Shown here: piece after piece, positions 12,689 to 25,580 of the stretch
How the letters are laid out: every line of letters begins with the position of its first letter
How positions within the stretch are numbered: position 1 is the first letter of the stretch
From: Octopus sinensis
Taxonomy: Eukaryota
Assembly (NCBI RefSeq): GCF_006345805.1
Contig: NC_042998.1
Coordinates: forward strand, 115,878,001-115,942,000
DNA: 64,000 nt
Direction: 5' to 3'
The notes under the pieces: model-generated
What the model was told of the DNA's origin: nothing
The model's input: only the letters and a program-made list of their open reading frames with translations
Database searches by the model: none
Translations under genes and position numbers: made by a program

Positions 12689-12815
12689 ATCAGTCATTAG
12701 GTTCAATGCTCTTGTGGCTTTGAGTTATTTTAACAAAAACTATGCTAGTGAGTACCATCTGTCACTTTTTTGACCTCTATAAAATCGCCTTTAATTAATT
12801 ACATACATAACATAT

Positions 12816-12856
<41 letters not shown>

Positions 12857-13182
12857 CGTCCATACGTATGCATATGCACGTGTATCTAGTTGTGTGAATA
12901 TGCCCAAATACTTGGATGTATATGTGTGTATATATCTCTGTGTATATGTATAAATGCGTCTAAGCACGAACACAAAAATGTTTCGTCTAAGTATTATCTT
13001 CCTTTCAACTTCATTTTTCTTTCTCTTAACAGTTACACCAGCGAAAGCTGATTACGTAATTTTCTCTAAACTTGAAAGTATAATTCGCGTTTCAATAATT
13101 TTTCACTGATTTTACTCATTCTTGAATTTGATGGACACTACTTAAGCCGACTCAAGAAATCTCTAGTGAGACGTTTTATTGA

Positions 13183-13226
13183 GGTACCCGAAGAGACCCA
13201 GAATGGGTCGAAAAATGTGTTGTACC
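13183..13226 (+). ncRNA. Degenerate minimal type I hammerhead-like motif
   Basis: Stem I GGTAC/GTACC, core CCGAAGA (U4 replaced by C), stem II GACCCA-GAA-TGGGTC, GAAA, then AATGTGTT leading into stem I. Confidence 0.6.
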
Positions 13227-13262
13227 CAATAAAGTCTATTACACATTCCATCTCCTATTTTA

Positions 13263-13297
<35 letters not shown>

Positions 13298-13433
13298 GAG
13301 ATATACTTGCATAGCAAGTGACCTGATCTGAGATCGTGTGCTGGAACGAAAACAATTGCAGCGTGGAAGGTGTTTATGTGCCATTTAAGAAACGCACAAT
13401 AAACGTTAGATTCACTTCAACATTTAATCGTAA

Positions 13434-13484
13434 TTTGCCAAAATATATTCGTCGCTTTTAGACCACGACCTGTTCACTGACAAA
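13434..13484 (-). ncRNA. Hammerhead-like motif with G3-C8 covariant core
   Basis: Minus strand TTTGTCA-GTGAACA-G-GTCGT-GGTCTAAAA-GCGAC-GAA-TATATT-T-TGGCAAA: 7-bp stem I, 5-bp stem II, GUGAACA core; position 15.1 is T in this copy. Confidence 0.6.
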
Positions 13485-13919
13485 ATATTTATCTGGTTGC
13501 TCCCACGGAAAGGCTATAATGGTACTGCCACGAAACATCCCCCTCTGGTCATGATACAGGAAAAGCAACGAACTGATGTCGCTAAATAAATCATACTGCA
13601 GCTTACACATATAGCGGCGACAACTACCTACCTAAATCCTGTCCATCCACGTGGACCTAAGAACAAAGAAATTAATTATGCTGCTTCCACACCAAAATTA
13701 CCACTTGATCTGTGTTGACAAATAGAAGCTTAACATCTTGAAGCCTTCTTGAATTTCTATCATATCCAGTTACTCAAGACGTCCGATTAGTTAGGTTCGT
13801 TCTACGCGCCTACGAAACTTTTACCTTGCATAGAACTGAGTCAAACTACTATTAAATAATACATTTAAATTATACTAAATGTATGGAGTGCCACTTTAGT
13901 ATATGTCCACTCATTCACG

Positions 13920-13959
<40 letters not shown>

Positions 13960-14873
13960 CTTATTTATACGTATATATATGTGCACATAAGTATGCATGC
14001 TCACATATATGCTTGAGCTGATGTGCATGAATTTGCATGCGTACAGTGTACATCTAAATTTGTCTGTTCAACGCATATATATATATATTCTTCATGTGTA
14101 TGTCTAAGTTTATTTGTATTCTTATATGTCAGCTTATAATCTTTCAGTTCAATGTCTTTTCTATTTTTCTATTTTCTTCTCCAGATTTTGAAATACAACG
14201 ATTACCACGCTACTTTCTAATAAGTTTTGATCGAAAATTCCCTAAAAAAATTATAATACATCGCTATATTATGAGTAAATTCATGATTTCTAACTTAGTT
14301 TACTAAGTGCTACGCATGAAAGTTTATGCCTTTGGCTCTATTATTCAAGTATTCATCAAATTAATGTGCACACATTTATAATAAAGTCGAAACAAAAACA
14401 GATTATTTAGTCACGTCATCTTACGCGTTTTATTGGCAATGAAAAAAAATCCGTTACATTAGAAAAATCTTCCAAATAGATCATATAGATTGTGTAAGTC
14501 ATTTTAGTAAAATTTTAGGATTTACACTATAATCCAGAGCTACGGTATAAACGTCAGATTACTAATGAGAGTTATGCAACATCTGATGATTTGAGAATAT
14601 TATCTGCTTACAAGTTTTCCTTTACATGATAAACTTCTTTTGCATTGTTAAGGAAATGTGTGTAAGATGTAACTGAATAATACATGAATAAACTCTTGTT
14701 CTATGTTGTTTTATATATGATCTATAATCTATATAAGTTTGGAGGCTGATCAACGCAACCTCAGCCTCTTTGCGGTTTTCCCCTTTCAGGTTTTAAAATT
14801 CTTATGTAGTTCTAAATACTGGTTATTTGTAATGCAAATTCAATTCACCAGATAGTACAATTATGTATTTATA

Positions 14874-16113
14874 CAGGGGTTGGACAAATTAATGGAAACA
14901 CCTAACATCATAATTTTTAAATATCTATAAACCCATCAGAAGCTTGTTTATTTTTATGTTTTTTGATTTATTATTAGTGTTGCTGAATACGTTTTGCTAA
15001 AATTGTTGTTTCTTTTCAGATATCATCAGAAAAAGGTAATTAAAATTCATTAAAATGACAGAGCCATCGGACTTTCAAAGAGGTCAAGTTGTTGGTGCTC
15101 GTACGGCAGGAGCTAGCGTATCGAAAACAGTCGAAATGTTTGGTGTATCAAGAAGTACTGTCTCGAAAGTAATTACATCCTTTGAGAAAGAGGGAAAAAC
15201 CTCCTCGTCGAAACAAAACTACGGAAGAAACCAAAACTCTCAGATAGGCACCGTTGAACACTTACGCAAATTTTTAGAAAGGATCACAAAAGTACAGCTC
15301 CCAAAATGACTACAGAGCCTAATGACCACCTTGAGAACCCAGTTTCTACAAAAACTGTTCGCCGGGAGCTGCACAAAGCCGGATTTCACGGAGAGCGGCT
15401 ATAAGAAAACCACCACTTTCAAAAACAAACGTTGCAAAGCGTTTAGAGTGGAGAAAAACTTACAGAATTGGTTCCTATAGAAATGGAAGGATGTAATTTT
15501 CTCGGACGAGTCATCCTTTACATTATTTCCGACCACCGGCCGAGTATACGAGTGGGGACTGCCAAAAGAGGCATTTGACTCAGACTTCCTTCTAACTTTT
15601 TAAACATCGAAGATGATCTGTGATGATCGGGGATTGGAGGCTATATCTTGGACATCCCCCGGCCCAAAGGTTTCCCTTCATGACAGAATTAATAGTCAAG
15701 ACTATTTAAGCATTTTATCTTGCTAACGGAACTGCTTCTGGAATGAAACGCAATCTTTCAGGATGATAATGCAGCAATTCACAAAGCTAAAGTAGTTACT
15801 GAATGGCACGAGGAACATTGTAGTGTAGTTGAACATCTTATCTGGTCACCACAGTCCCCAGAAATCAATATTCTTGAATATTTATGGTGTATTTTAGAAA
15901 GGAGTCGATATCCTCCACCATCATCACTACAAGAACTAGAGACTGTTTTAGCTGAAGAATGGACAAAAATTCCTTTAGAAACAATTCAAACGTTGTACAA
16001 GTCCATACCTCGTAGAATTCAAGCTGTAATCTATGCCAAAGGCGGTCCTACGCTATATTAAAATAAATTTGTTTGAAATTTTAAGGTGTGTCTGTTATTC
16101 TGTCCAACTCCTG
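14874..16113 (+). mobile_element. Tc1-like DNA transposon, decayed
   Basis: Left TIR TA|CAGGGGTTGGACAAATTAATGGAAACACCTAA, right TIR TTAAGGTGTGTCTGTTATTCTGTCCAACTCCTG; transposase from ATG 15055 with paired-like HTH (FGVSRSTVSKV), FSDESSF, FQDDNAAIH, WSPQSPEINILEYLW, GGPTLY*; frameshifts. Confidence 0.93.
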
Positions 16114-16196
16114 GTGTATTTGTATATGTGTATGCATGTAATACATATATTTATTTATATATGTATACCTTTCACACTTTCTTCTTATTATTATTA

Positions 16197-16385
16197 AAGC
16201 AGTGAGCTGCAAAATTGTTAGCGTGCCCGAGAAAGTTCACGTTCTGAATTCAAATCCCGCCGGAGCTGACTTTACCTTTCACCCTTTCGGGGTCGACAAA
16301 ATAAGTACCAGTAGAACTCTACGGTCATTGTAATCGACTCACGCCCTCTCCGGAAATTATTGGCATTGTGCCAAAATTTGAAGCC
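16197..16385 (+). mobile_element. SINE family A copy
   Basis: GCAGTGAGCTGC...GAATTCAAATCCC...GGGGTCGACAAAATAAGTACCAG. Confidence 0.8.
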
Positions 16386-16403
16386 TTTATTTTCCATTGT
16401 CTA

Positions 16404-16607
16404 ATGTGACGAATGGTGGAACCGTTAGCACGTCAGACGTGATGTTTGAAGACATTTCTTCCAGCTGTACGTCCTATGCTCAAATACCGCTGCGGTCAAC
16501 ATTTCCTTTCATCCTTTCAGTGTCAATAAAACAGGAATCGAATTGAGCATTAGGGTAGATATAATAGATTAACCGCCTTTTAAAATTACTGGTGCTCTTC
16601 CAAACTT
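16404..16607 (+). mobile_element. SINE family A copy (older), tandem to the previous one
   Basis: GAACCGTTAGCACG...GCTCAAATACCGC...TTTCCTTTCATCCTTTC. Confidence 0.7.
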
Positions 16608-17170
16608 AGAATGTTTTGTTTTCGAGTGTGTATTTTTAGTCTTATCAACATCATATCTTATTATGTTTTATATTATATATATTATATATGGATAGTAGAT
16701 TGGTATTATATCAGAAAATATATATTGCTGAATTAAGTAATGATGTTCTATGTTTTGAGTTCAAATCACTCTGAGCTCGGTTTTGCCCTTCATGATTAGG
16801 AAATGCACGAAATAACAATCAGTCAGGTTGTTGCATTAAAAACAAAAAAAAAAAAATGGACCCACTATTTTAAAAATATGTCTCTGTAACGCAGAATCAT
16901 TGCATGTGAGCGCATGAATGGCTGTATGTTTATATAACACGTCAACACACGTATTATTGTTTCTTTTGTTTGGAATAGATTAAAAAACCATTTATTATGA
17001 TACCTCATTTTAGTGTCTCTGTCTTCTGATACGATATCGTAAACAACACCCACTTTATTCCTCATCACCGGAAAACTGGAGCGTCGTTATCTTTGAAATT
17101 AAGAGAAATTACTTTGTGAAGCTACACCTTTGATGATTATTCATTCCTTTTCTCTCTTTCTCTGCAAAAT

Positions 17171-17203
<33 letters not shown>

Positions 17204-19446
17204 CACACACACGCACTGATGTGCATGTACGGATATGTATGTGTGTTTATGTGTGTATTTAAATGTGTAGGTATGTGTATGTTTGTAGATATACACGTAC
17301 GTGTTTGTATGTGTGTATATGTGTACACATACATACGTATATATATATATATATATATACACTTATACACCTACGCACACAATGGCACCCATAGTCATAC
17401 ATTTTAGGAAGTTGTCCATTCTACAGCTACACCGTTCTTTCAGCTGGCTATGATACAGTTAATAGAATACACGTGTAAAATATCGTTTCTAGTTGTCTTG
17501 TTAGATATTGTTTTTAACTATTCTTTTTTCGTCAGTCAATGATGATACAAGTAATGTTTAATGCGTTTTCTGTTTGCAAACGTGTGGGTTTTGGGTTGGA
17601 CGCAGTTAATATAATCATACTATATAATATATGTTGTTTTTTTTTTTCGATTTCTCTTTAATTTTTTTCCTGTCCTTACTACACTAAGAACCGGTTAGAT
17701 ATGGCTTACAGCTTTACGAGAATTTCGAGATAAGGCAATACATTTGCTGGCGTTGATGGACTTTATGTTATTTTTTGCATTGTCATAGAAGTATTGCTCC
17801 AAGCTTTCTAGGCTTTTATCTTGCATATTGTATTTGCGTGTCCTTTATCATATTTTAGTCTTACCATCACAGGCAAACTAAAATGTGACATGCTGGAGCA
17901 CCGCTTTCACTGTAAAAGAAATAAACAGTACGCCTTCAATATTCAGATAATATTTTGTCATGGCCATCTACGAGAATTATATGTGGTATTTATGTTAGTA
18001 TTTATTTTTCAAATCCAATCCAGAAAAGTGGTGCTAGTATAATATTAAGAGTTTGGAAGATCATAAATACTAAATCAGCACAGTAAAATCACAAATTACT
18101 CATGAATTTCACAATCCATCAGCTACTTAAATCACTAAACAATATTCTGTTATTTGGTAATCTACTGACATATAGATGGCTGGATAGTTAACTGAACAGC
18201 TGGACAGCGCACAGTTTTGTTTCAAGTACCATAACCCCATTCCTCTGGTAAACAAATTTTCTGGAAGCTAGAGTGAGACGAATCAATGAAATATATTGTC
18301 GTGGCCATAGACAACGAAATAGATATTACTAGCAGATTTGATTTTATGATGAATATGCCCATTTCTTAACCATCGTATCCAAATAATCGTCATTTTTATC
18401 TTCCAGGAGATTTTCTTTAGCCACAGATTAGCTTTGATCATACTGAATTTTAATCAAAAATCTCTTAGATCATGCAATTTTGATCAGCCAGTCGTACATC
18501 ATCCAGTTAAGAGCCACATTCAAGCTACTCTTCTGAGTAGTGCGAACTTATACTACCTTGTTAGAGAGCACAAATTATAAACTTAATATCAAAAAGTAAT
18601 GCATTCTGAATTAAAAGATATTGAGCTATATAATACCGATAGATGAGTACTATTACGTTTTGCTACCTGTTCGAAGGATCACCTTGGTGTTCACATTTTT
18701 ATCTACATGGCAAAAGTATGATAATAAAATTAATATCTTCTAATTTCTGAATTCTATGAATGACATTTAAAAAAAAATTAAGACCTTTCAGAATTTTAAG
18801 GAGCCTATACAACTTATTAGTTTGTACAAGTTCATGAACATGTTTTTAGCTATTATATAATACAGAAAATTACTGTGAAACTGAGCTGAACTCATTGTTC
18901 ATATATCATGAAGAAGTGATTTTGTTTGGACCTCCCTGTGCTAACGCAGTTGCATTGTAACACAGCGTATGCATCTGTATAGTCCAAGCTTGCGTTGTAG
19001 TTAATTTTTTTGTATTATTAATATACAACCGAAAGTTCTTTATGCAGTTATGAATTCTGCCCTTTGTATATAGTCAACTAAAATTTTCTTGAATTTTCTG
19101 CATTTGAAATAACATGAGGTCAAACAGCATGTACAATATGACATTTTAAGTAAATATTTATTCATGACGTACTAAAACCATTAGTTTCTTAATGTTTGCA
19201 TATTTAAATTTTCAAAGCAAAATGTTGAAAGATAAAGATTAAGAGTTAACAAATGTATTAAAGATAAAATCTACCACCGGAAGAAATCTATCAGACTTGT
19301 TGTAACATATGCTTCGGGTGAAATCAATTTGCTTGTCAGTTGCAGTAAACATCTAGAAAGATTTTTATTGAAACTCGGTGGTTTGCTGGAGCTAATTCCA
19401 GGTATAATCATAAACATTTAATTTCGAGGTTACTTTATCAGTTATA

Positions 19447-19587
19447 GGGCAGTGAATTAGCAGAATCATTTTAGTGATAGATATTATACACTGCACTATT
19501 TCGTGACGTTCCTCATATTCTGAATTCAAACCTCACAGTAATAGACAGCTTTGCTTTTAAGCATTCTGGGGTCGATAGTGTAAAGAC
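19447..19587 (+). mobile_element. SINE family A copy, diverged
   Basis: GGGCAGTGAATTAGCAGAATC...GAATTCAAACC...GGGGTCGATA. Confidence 0.6.
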
Positions 19588-19952
19588 AAGTGGTAGGCTG
19601 ATTTAATCTGTTCTAAATAACCGCACCCCCGTTTGAGTTATGCTTACATAAGATATGCATATTAATGACTTAGAGAGCGATGGATTAGCAAATCGTCATA
19701 GAATAGGATAAGAGAGCTTTTTAAGCCTTTTCGTGCTTTAACCTCCAATGTCGTCAACGTCACTTTTCATTTTTCTGAAATTTGATACTAATGAATTAAT
19801 ATTCACGTATCGGGGCGATCTTATTCCAGGCTGTGTGTCTGTATAACAATTGAACACCATCGGTTTTCATTTTGATCGCTCAACTTTCCAATACCAGGTA
19901 TGTATATTGATATGTCTCTCTCTCTCTCTCTCCCTCCACTCCCTCTCTCTCT

Positions 19953-20004
<52 letters not shown>

Positions 20005-20170
20005 ACTAGATTGTGGCCAAACTGAAACTTTGCCTGAACAAAACGACCCCAGTAATTGTTATTTTGTCTTTCTAAGCCTCGTACTTATTGCCTTGATCTC
20101 CTGTGCCGAACCACAAAGTAACACGTAGTTAAAACAACCCAACCATCTACGGTGGTGGAGACAACACAAA
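20005..20170 (-). mobile_element. SINE family C copy
   Basis: Reverse-strand match to the 1768-1930 type (CGACCCCAGTA...GCCGAACC...GTAAC); abuts a (CT)n(TA)n tract. Confidence 0.55.
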
Positions 20171-20359
20171 GTGCCTCACACATACATCCTTTTAGTTCGT
20201 TTTCGAGAAACGTTTTGAATATGCGTATAAGAGCTCCTTTTTTATTATGCTAGCTACAAACTAATGATACTAACTCGTGATACGTGTTTTACGGGGTCGA
20301 ACGGAGTTGTGCCGATATAATGTATAATAAATATAATAATGATAATAATAATAATAATG

Positions 20360-20396
<37 letters not shown>

Positions 20397-20711
20397 TAAT
20401 AATAATAATAATCCTTCGATGAAACTTATACATATTTTAATGCATCGCCACACGTGTTTCCACAAATGAGATGTTTCATAAGATCGTAGTCTGTATTCCT
20501 GGGATGATCACAGTGCAGTCCGAAATAGCATTAATGCTATTTCGCCCGAAGAAGGGAATGCATGGACATGATTTACCCGATGACCATGGATACTACGGAC
20601 TGTACTGTATTCATCGCAGGAATAAAATCTAGGATTTAAGAAACATATAAATTGTGGAAATATTTATAAACTCCATCCAAGGATAAGTATTGTTAGTTTA
20701 TATATATACGA

Positions 20712-20860
20712 GAGGCTTGTTTCAGTTTACGTCAACCAAATCCACTCACAAAGCTTTGGTTGGCCCGGGGCTACAGCAGAAGACACTTGTTCTAGGTGCC
20801 ATGCAATGGAACTGAAACCGGAACCATCTGATTGAGAAGCAAGCTTCTCACCACACATCC
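20712..20860 (-). mobile_element. SINE family B copy
   Basis: TTTCAGTTTACGTCAACCAAATCCACTCACAAAGCTTTGG...GAAGCAAGCTTCTCACCACAC, reverse complement of family B. Confidence 0.82.
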
Positions 20861-21090
20861 ATTTCATTCTTCCATAATTTTCCTTGAAAATGACATTATT
20901 TATTAATTCTAGTTCTTGAACGTAACTTAAAAATATAAGATTAAGAATAGATATTTTAATGAATAGATGGTATAAGTGAGAGAGAATCTCAAGAGCCGAG
21001 AGTTTTGTGTATTAACACTTATGAATTTTGTTAAGAGCAAGCGCACAAATCTTTTGGCCTTTACGTCACTCTGCCACTTCTACTACATAT

Positions 21091-21216
21091 TGGTATTAAA
21101 TTTTAGCACAAGGCCAGTACTTTCTTGGGTGGTCTAAGTCGATTAAATCCACCCCAGTACTCAAGTGGTATTTACTTTACCAACCCGAAAAGAATAAAAA
21201 ATTGACATCGGCAGAA
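21091..21216 (-). mobile_element. SINE family A 3' half
   Basis: TTTTAGCACAAGGCCAG...AGTCGATTAAATCCACCCCAGTACTC...ACCCGAAAAGAAT. Confidence 0.6.
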
Positions 21217-21589
21217 TAACAAATATTAATATGAAATATATATATACTCATATTTTGAGGGCTAATTTTCGTGTTTGCATCACCAAACCTAAAATCAAGA
21301 ACGTTATGTTCGGACTGGGTATTTTTCTGACATATGTTTGTAATAAATTTGGTATAAAGAAATCTGAACCAGCCTTTTTTTCTGTCTTAGCCACATAGCT
21401 ATTCTCTACGAATTTAGAAATGTGCTGTATAGGATCGTATATATAGATTATAAAACATTTCCAGCCAAGAAATACGCGTTTAAATTGTACTTTGATCATT
21501 TAGGGCGAGAAGATCATGCCACAGCGGCGTCAAATGGAAAAACACAATAGAAACAGGAAGTATTTTTCTGCTATATACACATGACCATG

Positions 21590-24146
21590 TCAACACTTCT
21601 ACTTGGAGTTATTTACCGCCCCACCCCCAAATTATCATCAGGACACACAACTTTTTGATATCCTCAGAGTTGCTGCCATGAAAACAGCCACTTATCTTGA
21701 GATTGACTGGGAGGCCTTCCGTTGGTCGCAAAGTGCAGATGATGTCCTTGAACTGGTGCTGAATTCAAATTGGTCCCAAGTCGTTACCTCCCCCACAAGG
21801 GGTAACAATACTTTGGATCTGCTATTTACCGCTTCTCCTGAAACAATTATTAGTGTCATTACTGAAGAACCTTTAGGTGACTCTGATCATTCCAAGATCA
21901 TGGCCGACGTGTCTCTAATTGGTTGTAACAAAAATCAAAACCATCTTCAAACTGCCTGCTTTGACTGGAATAAAGCAGACTGGAGCTCTTATTGTACCGA
22001 GCTGCGACGCCCAAAGTGGCTCGAATTTTATGCCTCTGGATATGTGAACACTATACTTCAGAACATTCTGAATTCAATATGGACGGCATGTGCAGCATCG
22101 GTACAACGCAAGCACAAAATCCATCCAATAGTGCAATTTGGGAGACTGCAGCTGTCCGACTTGCCAAGAAAGAACGCCGTAATACTGAACAGGAATACAA
22201 AATGCACAAATCAGAGATCAACAGGAAAAAAGCAATAGATCATCCAACCGTCTCAAGCAGGTGACAAAAAAGGCAGTGCTTGAATTCGAACAGCGCATAG
22301 CAACCAGCCCTGACAGCAAAGTGTTCTGGAAGTATGTACATTCAAAGCAGAGACCTCACTCTCCAATTGGTCCCTTCGCAATCCCCACACAGGCCAGATT
22401 ACTGACAATTCCAAATAATGTACAGAAATCATTGTTGGATGCTATGCAGGAATCTTTACTGTCAAAGATCAAAATGTTCCATCTCCATCACCACTATAAG
22501 TACTATGAAATTTACACCAGCAATGCTACAACGCCACCTTAAGAATAAACGTAACTATCCCTCTCCTGGCCTCGATGGTGTTACATACCTACTTCTTAAC
22601 CGCGGTGGGTATTTTCTTCTAAAGCAACTTTCACTATTCTCTCAATTCTGTCTTGACAATGGTGTTACTCCAGAGCAGTGGAACTGCCAGTGTTATCCCT
22701 CTGTTCAAGAAAGGCAACCGCACATTGCCTGTCAACTATCGCCCTGTCAGTCTTACTAGCTGCATCGCCAAACTGATGGAATCCTGTGTCAGAGAAACCC
22801 TCTGGAACTTCTGGAAGTCTCGCAGCCTCATCCAGCCGTCACAATTTGGATTTATTCCTAACTCCAGCTGCTGTTATCAACTCATCAAGTTTCTTGAGGA
22901 CATTACCCGAATCACTGATGGCGGCTCCTAGGTGGATGTTTTTTACCTTTGCTAAGGCTGTGCTACACAAAAGACTTGTGGTGAAACTCTCTGCAATGGG
23001 TGTAAAAGATGATCTCTATAACTGGTTGAAGTCCTTCATTATCGGCCGAAAAGAGGTTGTCACAGTTCTAGGACAGCACTCTTCACCTTATGAGATGACA
23101 TCTCGTATACAACAGGGATCTGTTATTGGCTCCCTTTTATTTGTTGCATATGTTAATGACATAGATGCCAACTTAAAGAATACTACAGTGCTGAAATATG
23201 CAGATGACATCATGCCGTACCTCGAAATAAAGAGGACAGATCCTGTACACTATTGATCTTTATTGCAATCAGACCTGGACACAATGCAGCAGTGGATCAT
23301 GGACTGGCAACTGAAGCTGGCTGTGAACAAATGTACCACTATGCATTTTGGGAGTAAAAAAACCCAGCGTCTACTTACTCCCTCTACAACACTAATCTCA
23401 AAAAGTCTTCTTGTGAACGTGACCTGGGCATTATTGTCGACAGCGGTTTGCGTTGGACAAAACACATTGCTAAAATTGCCAAGAAGGCTGAGGGTGTCTT
23501 GGCATCACTTACCAAGTCCTTTGTGAACCACTCTCCCGCTATCTATCTGAGGTTTCATATAGCTATGGTGCAGCCTCACCTGGAATTTGCATCACCGGTC
23601 TGGAACCCCTATCTTGCCCAGGATATTAATCGTCCGGAAACCGTGCAGCGACGTGCAACCAACAGAACACCCTCCATTATGCATTTGCCATATTCTGAAC
23701 GCCTTACTTCCCTGGGCATGGATGCATTGAAACTCCAACGTCTGGCAGCTGACTTGGCAGACATCCATAAAATTATTAACCATCTTACTAACAATAACTC
23801 TGAACACCTTTTCAAACTCCACCTGTCTAACAGCCGTGGACATGTTTACAAAGTCAGTAAACAGCATGACTTTCGGAAAAGTTTTTTCACGCTAAGAGTT
23901 GCTGAAGTATGGAATAAACTGCCGGCATCAGTTGTTAGTTGTCGGAGCACTGCATCATTCAAAACGTCCATACTTCCTGAGATTCGCCAACACTTCACCT
24001 GATTTTCTCCCCTCCATACACACGCTAGCATGTATTTGACTCATGCACTGTTCGCTTCCCAGACATTTGTACATTACTGTATTTGCTTTTGACAAGTTGC
24101 GGTGCACCTGAGGTCTGTATAGAATAATTTCATTATTATTATTAAA
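21590..24146 (+). mobile_element. CR1-clade LINE ORF2 (APE + RT), 5'-truncated and disrupted
   Basis: PTRGNNTLDLLFT and SDH (APE); NYRPVSLTSCIAKLMES, QFGF, QGSVIGSLLFVAYVND, KYADDI (RT); PHLEFASPVWNPY, KSFFTLRVAEVWNKLP (CR1 C-terminus); (ATT)n tail at 24131-24145. Confidence 0.93.
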
Positions 24147-24510
24147 CATAATAGTGTTTAACCTAAGGTTATAAGAATGGAAGAATGGAAGATCAGTAAT
24201 CTGTATGTTATTTTTATATATCTTTCTATCAAAATTTCTGCTGCTGCTGCTACTATTACTACTATTACTACTTTTCCATGCAGTTCTTGTCGGTGATCTT
24301 CTTCTTCTTTATCATCATCATCATCATCATCATCATCATCGCCGTCGTCATCGTCGTCGTTACAAATGATGAACATCCAAATAAATAATAATTTTTTTCG
24401 ACAATGTCAGGTTCGGCTTTATCATTAATCCGTCAGATCTCAATAAAATTATTACCAGTTAAGCAGTGGAGTTGGTTTTGATAGTCTAACCATTATCTTT
24501 GTGAAAAACC

Positions 24511-24717
24511 AGCTGGCAGCATCGTAAGCACAAAAGGAGAAATGCTTAGCAGCATTTCATCCATCTTCACGTTCTGATTTCAAATTACACCGAGGTCGAC
24601 TTTGCTTTTATTCCTTTGGGGTCGATGAAATAAGTACCAGTTGAACTCAGAGTCAATATAAGTGACTTACCCCACCTCTAACATTATCGACTTATGCCAA
24701 AATTTGAAACCATTATT
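24511..24717 (+). mobile_element. SINE family A copy
   Basis: AGCTGGCAGCATCG...GATTTCAAATTACACCGAGGTCGACTTTGC...GGGGTCGATGAAATAAGTACCAG. Confidence 0.85.
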
Positions 24718-25400
24718 AAAAGAGGAGATAGCATAGTCTGTTGAGTACCGTACCCAATTAACTTTTGGTATCTAGTTTTATACTACGCATTCATCTATTT
24801 AAAGGCATCCCGGTGAGACTTGAGGAAGATTTTCTTGTTGCTAATAAAATTTTTATGACGGCTGCTGTTTTGACTCGTGTGGTCTCTTTGTTGATTGTTT
24901 TAAGTTATTAAGTAGAGGGCATGTTTTCCTTTACAACGCTTCTAATGCTCTCTATTGCTATAACGATTACACGTAGATCGTATTTTTCAAACAATTTAAA
25001 AATTCTTTTAAATATATATTTCTCAAATAACACAACTAGTTGGAATATAGTTTATTCCCGAAATCATTTCCTATTATATCATATCTGTTTACCTACTATA
25101 TCTGACCACCTTGCCGTAATGTTTATCTTGATGTGACATAGCAATAATATACCTAAATATTTTGATGTTATTTCTTTCTTCCACTTATATCGATTTTATG
25201 GGGTGGAACCAAACCATTTCTAATTTGATTTCACTTATTATGATTGAATGCATTCTAAGTGAAGTATGTCGTTTTTGCTGTTGTTTGCTATACTCCTTGT
25301 TTGTCCTGATAGAGCAGAAAATTATCAAATGTATTCCATTTGTGACCACATACATACATACAAACTCACTCAAGCTCAAACACACACACATATGCACTAG

Positions 25401-25580
25401 CCTGGCAGTGTGGTAAGAAGTGTGCTGACCAATTACATAGTTCTTTCAGTTTCCGTCAACCAAATCCATTTTCAAGGTCTTGGTTGGCTCGAGGCTATAA
25501 TAGAAGACATTTACCCATGGTGCTACGCTATGGGACTGAAACCAGAACCGTGTGATTGGGAAGCACACGTCTTACTATAC
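25401..25580. mobile_element. SINE family B: plus-strand head fused to a minus-strand copy
   Basis: GTGTGGTAAGAAGTGTGCTGACCAATTACATAGTTCT at left; its approximate reverse complement AGAACCGTGTGATTGGGAAGCACACGTCTTACTATAC at right. Confidence 0.7.
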
